DNA of 64,000 bases. Source: Chrysomallon squamiferum (taxonomy: Eukaryota; Animalia; Mollusca). Under the pieces are notes generated by a model, which saw nothing but the letters and a program-made list of their open reading frames with translations, searched no databases and had not been told where the DNA came from. This document shows positions 14,013 to 27,848 of this stretch, in pieces. Within the stretch, counting starts at the first letter, position 1. Every line of letters starts with the position of its first letter. The position numbers and the translations under genes are program-made. Location of the stretch: contig CM022679.1 of assembly GCA_012295275.1 (NCBI GenBank), positions 11,842,001-11,906,000 on the forward strand, given 5' to 3'.

Positions 14013-17000
14013 GCAAAATTTAAATTGAAACAAAATTTTACATTTATTTAAAATCTATAAGCTTGAAAGTTTACAGTGCCTGATTATCTTTACAAACCAT
14101 GTTTGTGTAAAATTTTCTGATGACAGAGATTTCTAATACTTTGTGTATCATTGTATATATATATAGTTAGTGGAAGTTGAATAAACTGTTACATCACAAA
14201 AATTTCATTTTATTTTATTTAAGTTTTTGTTCATTCCTTACCAAATCTGTTCTTAGATAGAAAAATAAAATAATAAACAATATAAAATTTGATCAGTTTC
14301 ATATTTTCCGATACACTTTAACTTAGAACTGAGCAAACTGCAGGGCAGACATATTATGACAAAGATTATCCTGTTTACTTCTCTGTCTTTTCAGGTCCAT
14401 TATTAATGGGTTGGCACCTTTAGAAATAATTAAAGAAGCAGTCATAGAAAATAACACACTTGAAGGAGATGACTTTAAGGTAGGAAAAATTATCATGTAA
14501 ATAATTAGGAAGGACTAATCAGCATAATTGCAAGACCTTTTATTCTTTATTTTTTATGAACTACAATAATTTTGAATTTACATAATTTTAGTTCATTGAA
14601 TATAAAAAAAATGTAGTTTTGGTTTTCAGTAAATAAATAAATATCTGAGGTCAGATATTTTAGTGTAGATCATATTTTTGTGTGATATGAAGTTAAGGTA
14701 TTTTAAATTTTGTAAACAAATAATTTATTTTGATTGATAAATAAAATTTTGGACTAGTTTTGCTCTATTCATAGGAGCAAGAATGTTTCACATACTTTCC
14801 TTATTTTTCTTACACAGCAGGATGTTAAGATGATGTAACTTGATATTAAGATAATGTTATTTGAAAATGGCTGAACATAATGCATTCATAATGAAATGAA
14901 AGCAAAATGTTATTTTTGTATCATTTTTAAAACACACAGGAGTATAAATGTAAACATATCAGAAAAACAGATGTTAATTAATTTTTTATTTTTAAATAAA
15001 ATAACAAAAAAAATATTTTAGGTCACATTTATGTATTTTCTAGGGCATTAATTTTCCATGACGTTGATCTCCTTTTCAGCTACAATCAATTATTTACAGC
15101 ACAAGGTCTTAGAAAACTGTTTATGAATGTCTCTCAATAAATGTTAAATTTAATTTAAATAAAATAAATTTGGAAAATCTGATATCAAATGGAAACATTT
15201 ATTATGCATAATTGTATGTGTCAGTTTGTTTGTACATATTTGTATATGGGATGAGTAGTTTAAAATAATTTTTCATTTCACATCATTCATTTCAGAATGT
15301 TGCCAAGGCTGTACTGTGGAAAAATGAATCTGTATTTGATGAGTTTGTTTCATGTGACACAGTTGGTTATGTGATTGTTGGAAATTATTGTGGTATGTAT
15401 TTTAGTCTTACATTTGTAGTAAATAACTGTAAAGAATGCTTTTAATTGTTTTAATATATTTGTTGATTCAAAAGTTGAGATATTACTTTCATCCACTATA
15501 TGAATGAAGATACTGTGTGATGTTTCTTCTGTGTTTTGTAATTTCAGTTCAGTGTGGACCAGGTTCTTTCTATAACACAAGTATTAAGCAGTGTGTGTTA
15601 TGTGAAGTTGGCTCTTACAGTTCATCTCCTAACAATACTGCCTGTCAAATGTGTGATCAGGGTAAGACTACTTTAAGGCAAGGAAGCAGAAATTCAACTG
15701 ACTGTGTTGGTAAGTTGATAAATATAATTTTACTCTCTAATATTAAAATAAAAGAGTTATATGAAAGTATGTATTATGGTAACAAAAATAAACAAATTCT
15801 TAAATAAAAACAAACAAACACAAACAAGCAAAAAAGAACCAACAAAAAAGAACAACCAAAAACTGAAGAACAACAACAATTAAAATAAAAAAGTAATGAC
15901 AAACAAATTATGAACATAATTAAACAAAATTAGAAGTAAAAAATATTCTTACTTATGTTGATCTATTTGTTTTTCAATAAATATTATACTAATAGTCTGA
16001 GAATGGTTTTTAAATTGGAAGAATCTTTTAAAATAGAGAAATATAAAATACTTTTACATTTATGCTGTGAAACTGGGAGAGTTGTAAATATTTTCAGAAT
16101 TTAATATAACTATACCTTGTTACGAGCCAAAAGGGGTACCAGAACAAACAATAAAGACAATAAATTAGGCTATATATATATATATCACAAGGTACAGTTC
16201 GCAGACATATTTATATGTGAATTACAGGACATTTTGTTTAGAGATGATTTCTCTGTTCTTATATTGTCTTGGTTTATTAAGAACTTTGGAATACTGCCTA
16301 TCTTTTTCCTTTATCCATGTATTTTAAAATACCGTTTTGTTCATTTTTAGTTTTTGTTTTAAGTTATGTAGCTGCCATTTCACTGTATATTTTCAGATAA
16401 ATGTACTGTTGGCCAGTACTTGAATGAGAACAAAAACTGTACAGACTGTCCAAGGGATTATTATCAAAATGAAGAAGGAAAGAATTACTGCCTTCCCTGT
16501 CCTCTGGGCAAGAGAACAAAGGATCCCAAAACAGATTCAAAAGACAAATGTTTTGGTATGAACAAAATTTTCATAATATACTGTTTTGCGATAAAAGAGG
16601 AAGAACAAAATTAATGTACAAATATATCTTTTCTGAAAACATTACTTATCAGAGACTAATAATTATTTTGCTTAAATGTATCAATGTGACAATAAACCTA
16701 TGCATTAAATTGTTTTGCAGGATCAGATTTATAGTAAAATAAAATAAAAATATATATTTAAAAACCCCAAAACTAAAGCAAATTCAGATTTATTGTTGTT
16801 ATCAGTTGTTGCTGTTATATCTATTCTTTAAATTCTTGTTTAAGAAATAATCTAGTCAATCACTTTTTAATTTCAGATGACTGTCCTTCTGGAACAGAAC
16901 TAAATGCAAATGGTAGCTGTACAGAATGTGAACAAGGATATTATCGTACACAGACTCTGCAAGATGCATGTGAAAGATGTCCTGAAGGGAACACAACACT

Positions 17001-20000
17001 GAAAAACAAATCTTCATCTGTTTCTGACTGTGATTTGCGTATGAACCATTTTTTGTTTTATTGATGACTTTATTTGTATTTATTTAATTGAAAACTGAAA
17101 TAACAACTGATGTATATTTGATGTTCTTCAATTGTTTAGAATGGTGTATCTTCAAAGAATTATACTTCCTGATTGTATTTTTTGTTGTTGTTTCTTTTTT
17201 TTGTTTACTTTGCAGTTCATATATCTTTGTGTGTTTTTTTGAACATCTGTAAAATCAATAGATCAAATAATTTTTTTTGTTGTTGTTTATTTTCACTTTC
17301 TTTATACTTTGAATATGTATTAAAACAGACCCCCACACACACACAAACACAGAAAACATTGTTAAATTTATGCTTCATATCTTTTTTCATATTTTTAGCT
17401 GACTGTACCAAAGGATACTTCATAAATACAACTGAAAAAACATGTGATCCTTGTCCTTATGGTCAATATCAGCCTAAGAAATGGAAATTTCAATGTATCA
17501 AATGTGATGAAAATTACACCACTGAATTTGAAAATTCTGTGTCTGCAGATTCCTGCAAGTGTAAGTCATTAAATATTTGTGACGTATTTGTATTGCTTTT
17601 AATCACATATTTTCTGAATATTGTATTATTTTATGCATTAAATCCATAAAAACTTTCTTCTGCAAAGTATTTTTTATAAAGGAATAATCTGCCGCATAAT
17701 AATTTGTCTGAGGATCTGATTTTGACAATTAATTGTGGCATTATTTTTCAGTTTTCTGTAAACCTGGCTTTGAAGAAAACCCAGAGAAACCTAAAACATG
17801 TAGAAAGTGTTTAACTGGATTTTATCACAATGATAGTCTTGAGACTCGTTTTGAAAACTGCACTGCTTGTCCAAGTGAATTTACTACAGAAACTTTTGGA
17901 GCTGTGTCTATGGAAGATTGCAAAATTAGTAATTATTAAATATATCTTTGGTGATAAGATAAAAAACCGTGTCAATATTTATTGCATGCTTTAAAGTTAT
18001 GTTGTTGTTGAACTCACTTTACACTTCTTACACAGTGTAAAAACAGTTTATTGTTGTAGTTGTTTAGTTATACCTGGTAATTGTATTAGACCATTTATTT
18101 GTACTGCAAGAGGCACACTTTAACTAAACTAAGATGTTTTATAGATATATAATTCTTTTGTCTTCTTGATTATCACCCAATGAAAGAAGTTGGGACCTGA
18201 TCACAGTAAATGAATCTATACACTAGTATACTATTAATAGTCATCATTTTATATGCTGTAAGGACAAACTTTTAATTCTTTTAAATTACTATATTTAATT
18301 TCAAACTTTCTAACTCTTTTTGATACTGATTGGGTTGCATTGTCCTTTATATTTAGAGATTAGAATGGACAGTAGAATATTGTCTTTCTTCATAAGCATG
18401 TTAGTATATTTAATTTTAATCAAAAGAGATTTTATAAGAGGTGTTGCCAAATGAATTATTATATATGCTGTAATACTTTCCATCTAAATAAATGTTTTCT
18501 TACAGGAATTTGTCAAAAAGGGTCATATAGAAATGTAACAGATAACCTCTGTTATAACTGTTCCATTGGTTATTATCAACCAGATGACATGAAAACATCC
18601 TGCATTCAGTGTAATACTAATTACAGCACCAAAAATGAAGGATCTGACAATTCATCTCAATGTATTTGTAAGTATAAATATCTTCTCCTTTTTTTCATTT
18701 TTTTTTCATGTGTAAGCTTTAGCTTAAAAAGAATTAGTTCCAACCAACATTTCCAAAATGATGATTAGTTAAATGAATAAAATTACAATAACTGTCTTGA
18801 TTTTGAAATCTACAGATGTTAAGTTTGATTATGTTATCTTAAATATGCCTTTTACTAATAAAATATATATATGTACAGACATACATATACATATATATTT
18901 TCAAATGATCAAATAATAAAGTAGTTATCTATTAAAAAAATACAACTACCTAAAATATTTCTTTAATTTTAAAACAGTCTACTGTCCTGATGGATATGAA
19001 GTCAAGTCAGCAGAAGATAAAACATGTCAAATCTGTCCACGTGGAACGTACAGGAGTAACACTGGAAGTGAAAGATTTTCTCCTTGTCAGAACTGTACAC
19101 AAAATACGACTGATAATCCAGGGTCTAAAACAGAAACTGAATGCAACATACGTAAGTTTTATGTCAGAATAGATGTGCTTTTCTGGATATATATGTATTA
19201 AAATAAGCTACAATTTGCTTATAAAAATCTGTTTATTGTGTTTATTGATATGTTTATTATTAGAAAGATGAAGTAAAACAATAAATTATCTTTCTTTTCT
19301 TTCATGTTGCAGCAATCTGCACTTTAGGTCAGATTATTGTGAACAACCTCTGCATGGACTGTCCAGTTGATACATATCAAGATATTACATTACCTGATTC
19401 CAAGACTGTATGTACAAATTGCAGTAGTGGGTTAGGTACTAATTCATCAAAGTCATCTGCAGAATCAGACTGCAAGCGTAAGTGTTTTTACAACCTTTAT
19501 CTTATACTTTACTTTCTACCTGATGGAGACTATGAATTTTATCAGTCTCATAATGATTAACTCCTAGCCCAACTTTCTTAAGATAAAACATTGAAATGTG
19601 ATATTATTAATATTTTTGTCCACTGATTTCTAATATGGACATCACTGGGCTACTAACTATAAGCACTTTAATGATTAATCAACAAGTATGTAGTTGTTTA
19701 TCTGAATAAAAAATATGTGCCTTTTTAATCAACCCTTTGGTGTAGTCATACAAATATTGCATTTATATACAGTGATGCTGTTTTAGATAAAGTGATAAGA
19801 TCTATGTTTGTTTTTCAGCTGTTTGTCTTAAAGGAAAACAGTTTAACAAGTCTAGCAACTCATGTGAACTGTGTCCACAAGGATACTGGAAGAACAGCAC
19901 TATGAGGTTTGAAAACTGCAAAAAATGTCAAGACAATTATACTACTTCCGGAGAAGGTGCAACTGATTCTAGCAATTGTTCCTTAAGTAAGTTTTATATG

Positions 20001-20795
20001 CATTATATTTCTTATTACTCTTTAATATAATAAACATAAAAATTAAAAACAAAATGTTAAGAAAGAACATGTCTATCTGACATTTGGTATTTTAATATAA
20101 ATTTTTATTTGAATAATCAGTTTTGCACTAGATACTCATTAATACCCAGAATAAAAAATCACCACACATGATAACACACATATATATTTATTTACACAAC
20201 TATGTACAAATGAGAGAAAGTAAATTACCTGACCCCCTTAAACTACTTGTATTACAACAAAATTAAACGTTCATTTTTCTTCAACCGGCTGGCTGTGCTC
20301 ATGATGCCGATGATGGTGGCATCATGTTGATCTGACTCTTCGTGATCTGGTTGACAAGATTCTGTCCTGTTAAACCCTGCAAAACAGAAAAAAAACTTGA
20401 GAGCAGTATTATGAACACTACATTTATGTTTTTGTGGTGGGCTTGTAGGCATTCTTTCAGTTGTGGCTGATATGGCGCTTGACTGGAAAGTACCGATTTC
20501 TGTGAATGTGAATGTGAAAAAAAATTAACATGCTAATCAGAGTGAGCTGTTGTGAAGCATGTCTATCACAGGCATGCTTTCTGACAGGTCAGCGGGCACG
20601 TCTGTTGCAGAAAAGAGTTTTGGGGGATTTCTGCTCATACAACGCTTAAATTGCCTTGGCCAGTCAACTAGGGTTAATTCCCTTTGGCCATTACCTCCCC
20701 TGCCACCATATACTACTAATCACCCAACTAGTTGTATTTTTCCTGGCACTAAATGGGATTATTAGGTATTTCGCAGATAAAAAAAGCCACAAATG

Positions 20796-20846
<51 letters not shown>

Positions 20847-23800
20847 TTATATTTATTTATTAATTTACACAACTATGTACAATTATTTACATTTACATGA
20901 ATAGCCACAAACCCATTTTATTGTTTGATAAAAAAAACCTGGCTGCAGCTGAATAAAACTAATAACCAAGGACTCCCTGGTGACATACTGACTGCATTCA
21001 TGGTAGAGTATGTGGCTTGTCAGTGCCAACCAGTTATACATGGTTGGCTGCTTATACCCCTCCTGATCTTTTAATCAGAGAGTGGGCAACAGCCAGTGTT
21101 CCCAATCTCTAATTGCCATAATTAAACTAGCCACAGTAAAACTCGTCTCTGGCCATGAAAATTAAAATAATATCTACATTAACTTACCTGCCCCCTCGGT
21201 AATTCATGGGTGGGCTGAACCACTCCCTTTTAGCCCTAGAAGGTGGAGCAGATTCCTCTGGCACATGCCAGTGAATCCATTGGTAATAACCTCTTCCCTT
21301 ACAATTCTGTAGGTGGAACCTAACCCTGGGCAAGATGAACCTTAGCTCTGTAGCTATTTCCTGGGGGTCCCACCACCAGAGTGAGTCTATATCCACACCA
21401 CCCATCCACTTACCTCCTGGAAACACCTTGCCTCCACCCAAAAACAACACTTCCACTGCTTTCTGCACTACTTCCAGGTAAATGCATTCCCCTGAATGAC
21501 AAGTGCACCCCATCAGTCCTGATCAACTTGAGATTTCCCACTTGTACTGCAGGGTGCCCAATGACTGCTCCTCCCTCTGGAAGGACCCATGATTTAGCTG
21601 CAAAATTCACTTTTTTTTGGCCTTGTCTACCTGCTTTTCATGTTTAGCCCCATTCCAGTAAAGGCAAGGCAGTATGTTTGACTATATGATCCTCACAGAG
21701 GGTAGGAGTATTCTCAGTCACAGAACCAAGCAAGTGATGATCTGAACCAGCTCTCTGGACTTTGTCATTACCATATCATTCAAACCCAGCTGTAAAATGA
21801 CAGAATTAGGTGGGGGCTGGTGTTTCAATTTCTCTGAAATGAAACTGTTAGCTGCGACCACCGCATTCCTCTGTTATGATACCATTTTACATTGATACCT
21901 GCCTGCTGCAAACCTGCTGCCTCCACTTCCCGCAGCCCGTGCCTGGATTCCTGCCCAGTGGACAATAGAATGTTCCCTACAATCAGCAATTATATTATTT
22001 AAATATCACATAAACTAATTAGATTTCTTGTGGCAGCCAAATAAAGCTACAGTAGGCCCCAATCTCTACCTGTCCCACTGTTTAATTGTAGCCTCTGGTA
22101 CCCCCCTAGTTGCAGTTTCTGTTGCTGTACCTATCCTAAAGCTATGTGATATAAAACATTGACCATTTAGATTTGTAAACTGTAATATGCATTTGAGAAC
22201 AGAGTTAAACTGGTACCTGGTTAATGACTTACCATTATAATGACTAAGAAGCTGGGTTGAACCGGTCTTTCATCATGAATGCAAATATTTATACAAACCT
22301 AGCACTGAACAGATGTTTTCACTTGCAAAACTGTCCAGATACAGTAGATAACTATAACCTCTTTGATCATTTTTTCTATTTTCTTATGAGAAGTGTCAGC
22401 TGGTAGGGGTGTTTTTCTCCAGATCTAAACTTGAAGGTAACATCCTGTATCACGACTGCTCTGTTTGAATTGTGCACATGTGTTCTGGCTATTATTTCCC
22501 CCACCTGTAAAAATGCAAAAAAGGACAGTTTGAAAGCTATTGCAAATAAATTGGCCTCGAACTGAGATGAACAAATATGAACAGCCAGTTTTCTCCAAAA
22601 TTGATAAAATGATAGGTTTGTGCATGTCTAGTCCTGCACATTCCCTACATAGTCCTTCAAGGAGTTTTGAAATGCCTTGCAGGGTTGGATTTAATGTGCT
22701 TGCCGCCCATAGGTTAAAGACCCCCCCCTCCTCAAGGCTCAAGTCTCCCTCACCCTTCCCACTTAGTTTATATAATATGAATCATTATAACTTATGATCT
22801 AATTGAAAGGAAAACATGGTGTTACATTTACATAATGATTTATTTATAAAAATATTAATTTATGTAACACAAACTGCCACCCCTATCATCCTTCCACCCT
22901 AGCCACTAGTCTAGAAAGCCTATATGGGAAATCTAGCCCTGTAGGGTCCCGCTCCCTCTTAAGTTTGTGCCAACTGTTTATCCTACTAATATATGTTTTT
23001 GCTATGGATGGGGACAGTTGCTGTAATGACAGGAATGCAATGAAGTGGACTAAGTGATCCACAGGCACTGGCCATTGAGGAGGCAATCCAAATTACAGTT
23101 GAAATTTTTCAGCATTATGGTAAGTTATCCATGTCTGACTTGCCTTTGAATTCTTTAGCCAACCTATCTGCCTGTGTTGTCAAAATTGCCATGCTTGCAG
23201 TGGTATATCGGTGGCATTCCATGCAGCTTCTGGTACCAGCTTCTGAAACTTTTCCCACTGACAATGAGAAATTGCAACTGCTATTAAATTCCGTCTGCCT
23301 GAAATGTATTCGGGTATTGTCAGAATATTCTGTTTTAAAGTTAATAAAAGATGTTTCCTCAATAATGACATTACCATAGGACACTTTGATGTTTTCATAT
23401 TGACTAGAATAACTACAGCCTCATTGACAATGTGAAACACTACCTTTTTGTAATTAAACCTTTTCCCCCAAATAATTAAAGCAACTAAGACAGGAAAGAG
23501 TTTGAGAAACGTGATATTTCTCAACAAACCAGAACTGCACCAGACCTCTGGTTAGGACCGATATGACCAGTCACCCTGGAAAAAGACCCCGAATCCCCAT
23601 TCCACTATGAGTATAAAATTCCAAGGAGTTACTGCTGGTCCTGAACATGTTGGGCCTAACTGATCCCATTGTAGTGGTCTAGAAAATCTAACCACATGTT
23701 CAAGTCTGCCTTCATATTTTGTGTAACCCGGATATTGTGATGTGGCTGAGTAACTCCTTTTGTTGCATCAATTATCTGTCTAATAAAAGCCCAGCCTGGT

Positions 23801-26800
23801 TGAACTATTTGGCAGGCAAAATTCACGGACCCAATTAGTGATTGCAATGTTTTTAAAGTAGCCTTTCTTTTCTTGAGAGTAATATCTATCAGTTGCCTTA
23901 ATTTTAATAATGTGTTCAGAGGCAGGTGCAATACTATATCATTTGTATCTATTTCTAAACCAAGAAAAATTATAACTGTGCTGGGTGTCACAGTTTTCTC
24001 TTCTGCAGTGGGAATTCCAACTTGCAACATATTGTCTGAAAACTTCCAATTACCTTGTGGCATTCATCTAACCCTGCCCTGCCCCCAAAATGAAAATAGT
24101 CCATGTAGTTCAACACAAGCTGCCAGTTATGCAAACACCGCCTCTCAACTTACCTGTGAATAAAAGTGGAAAACTTTTCAAATAAAGCACAAATGAATGA
24201 TGCAGTCATAGTAGTACAGATCATCCATTTTAAACCCTTACAAACTGAAATCCCCTGGAAATGCTGGTATTAACCTGAATGCTGATTTTATATCAGATTT
24301 TCCCAACAGGGCTCCCTGACCTAAGATGTGATTTTTTTGCACTGCATCATCCATACTGGCATAATTTACAGAACAAGCATTTGGATCAATATGATCATAT
24401 ACCGAACCTAGGTCTGGATAGGAAAGATGGTGAATAACTTTGAAATCTCCATCATTTTTGGGTACCAATCACAGGTGGGATATTCTCATGGTTTCATATG
24501 GGCGATTTGTAAAGGGCATGCCACCCTCCCTAACAGAATTTCCTTACCTATTTTTTTCTAAGTATCTCTGGAGCCTGTATTACACTTTTTAAATGTTTGA
24601 TCTGTTGCTACTCTAGGTCCCTGATATTGTAATTTAAAACCCTCAGTAAAACCTTTAGTTAATTCCTGTTCATCTAGTTTGTTGGGGTAGTGTTTTAGTT
24701 TTTTGGCCAGAATACTGGTGTTTACTTGGGAAAATTGTGAAATTGCTGATTTTGTAATTTACAGGAGATTGTCCAGCTGGAACAAAAATAAGTAATGACA
24801 CTTGTGTACCTTGTTCTTATGGAGAATACCAAGATTATCCTAGACAATATGACTGCAAACCATGTGGAACAAACCTTAATACATCAGTTACAGGAGCTTC
24901 CAGTAAAGATGAGTGCACTAGTAAGTTTAATAATGTATCAAGACTTTATAATTCACATATTCAGAACTTAATTTGAATTATCAATATCATATAAAAAAAT
25001 AGATAAATTTACTCTGATTTCATATAGGAAATAGGTTATCATGAATTTAACACTACTAAATGGCATTTAGAACTAAACTTGTTTTAAACTTAAGGGTTTA
25101 GGCAAATTAAATCCAACAAATGTGACCTAAAAATTTAAATAAGAAAAATTATGTCTATCTCCATTCTACCATGATCAGAATGTTTTGAACTTTGAAATTA
25201 TTTAACAATAAAAAAATGCAGGTAATCAAAACATTTGGAGAGAAGCTGAATTACAACTAATTTTAAAGTAAATCTTATTATGCCAAGTTACAGATTATTT
25301 ATTTGTTATTATAGTATCAGGATTTTAAAACAATGAAATTAATAATAATAATAATAATAACAATAATAATAATAATTATACACAATGGAAAAATAAAGGT
25401 AAAAACATATATCATTTTTAGTATTTGGATATAATAATAATAGCACTATTTTTAGTTTTTTACAGATTAAATAGTTCTCTTTTTATGGTTTTGTATATTA
25501 TAGTAAGCCCTTTGGGGACCAGGCAATATTGCTTGAGGAGGGTTTTTTGAATACTTTGCAAGTGAATATTTTTAATTATAGAAAGATCAGTTACAATAAG
25601 CCAAAGTGATATAGTAAATAATCAATTCTGTCTGTTTTTTTGCATATTAAAATGATTAATTTGGGGACCAGACGATTTTCAGATGTTGTTATGTATGTTT
25701 TGATATGAATTTATTTGATATAATTATGTGAATTAGAAACATCATTAAACTAGACAATAAATATTATTTAAAAAAAAAAAAATTTAAATTATGTTTCAGT
25801 CTCATGTCCAGAAGGTTCTGAGGGACCAAATGGGACATGTGTGCCTTGTAAAGATGATTTTGTCAAAAGTTTTAATGGCAATGGAAAATGTGAACAATGT
25901 ACTAACAACCAGACATCCAATGATAACCATACAAACTGTACAGGTTCTGGTAAGTAACCGCTGTTAACATGTTATGAAAATCTAAAGTAAACCGTGACAT
26001 TATTTTTCACATTGATTTCATCTCATAGAATATTTTCTTTTTATTTAAAAGAGAATTCACAATTTTGATATTTATAAGCTATAATTATGTTTAGCATTCT
26101 TCATTAAATGAAAAATAGTGTATAGATTTTGGTAATTGATATATTAATTTTCAATAACTAAAATTTTAATTCTTTTTTTAGGACATTAAAACAATTGTTT
26201 TTCCAAACCTGTCAACTTGCTTCTTTTGAAATCAATTTTTTACCCTTATCAGCCTTTAATTTTTAACTTCATAACTTTTTATTTGATAGCTGCAGAAGAT
26301 TGAACTAAAAAAAAAGTCTCTTATCTGTAATTACTGTTTTATCAAATTCACTTGAAAAAGTAATCATTAATTATTTAACTCTTTTGTTTGTAGTGTTTTG
26401 TGCCATAGGAGCTGAATATCTGAACACATCTCAACAGTGTTCTTTGTGTCAAATTGGTTTTTATAAGAGTGTTCGAGGTAATACTGTTTGTAACCCTTGT
26501 CCTGGAAATAAAACTACAGCTAGCATTGGATCACAATCAGTAAAGGATTGCAGTATACGTAAGCATTGTTCTTTTTTATATATTATCTCTATAAATCTTA
26601 TATGTTGGCAAATATTTCCCAAGTATCAAATATCAACTGAAGTAGTAAAACCACTGTAATTTTAGAATTATTAATAAAGAAACTTTACCTTATTTACATG
26701 TAAACCTTTTATATCATTTTAACCAACTAAATCATTCAGCCACTATTAGCTATCTAACATATACTTTGTACAAATTGTAATGATAATTTGTTTGTTATTT

Positions 26801-27809
26801 TGTATATATATTGGAATTGAGGAGGTTTATAATTCTGATTATGATTACAAATTCATGCATTTTTGTTTCTGTTCTTACAATATTATTTGTGGTTTTTTTC
26901 AGTATATTGTCTTCCAGGATTTTATGGTTTATCTGAATCATGTCACCCATGTGATTTTGGTAGCTACAAGTCCAAGTCTGGCAATGACAACTGCACTTTG
27001 TGTAATGAAAATTATACAACAAGTAGTCAAGCTTCTACAGATGAATCAGACTGTTCAGTTGGTGTGTTTGTAAACATTCTTTAGTAATCCTGTATCATGA
27101 GATTTTTCATAAGTTAGGATCACATATAATTTGGGAAATTTGAGTACTGACTTTCCAAGTTTTGGTGGATTAGTAATAAAATCTAATTACTAACTGCTGG
27201 ATTCATTATGAACTAGCTGTATATTTTTCTCAGTTAATTATTTTATGAATTTTATATAACTAAAATTTAAAATAATAATAATAATAATAATAAAATAATA
27301 AAATTGTTATAGTTTTAATATTCTGGAACTTGTTTTTTTTTTATGGAATTTATAAACTAACAAATGATTGCACATGCAGAACAGTTATTTACATGTGCAT
27401 TTCACCAAAAAATTATAATCCAAAGCTTCTGAAAATTATTTTCTTAAATATTAAATAATAGCTTTAATATTCTGATTTTTCTCTCAAATCTGATTTCAGT
27501 CTTCACTTAAGTTTATTTCATTTCCTTACAGTTGTGTGTAATGCTGGGTCATACAGAGATATTAACACATGTTATCTGTGTCCAAAAGGCCAGTACCAGC
27601 CTGAGCGTGGAATGACATCCTGTATACATTGTTCTGGAGATAATGTTACTACTGAAAATGAAGGATCAGATAACGAAACCCAGTGTATTAGTAAGTGTGT
27701 GTGTGTGTGTGTGTGTTGTGTGTGTGTTTCTTAAATTTGCAGTGTATATCTCAGTATATATATGTTGTGTGGTTTTTTTGTGAGAGCATGGATGACCCCC
27801 CAAAATGCA

Positions 27810-27848
<39 letters not shown>

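Larger units (their letters stand above)
20151..24730 (-). mobile_element. Decayed Ngaro/DIRS-group tyrosine-recombinase retrotransposon lacking its 5' end, in intron 19987-24764
   Basis: The minus strand carries broken ORFs in the order RT, RNase H, YR, SGNH hydrolase, followed by a non-coding region with a direct repeat pair. GC content is higher than in the host intron. Many stops and frameshifts. Confidence 0.9.
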
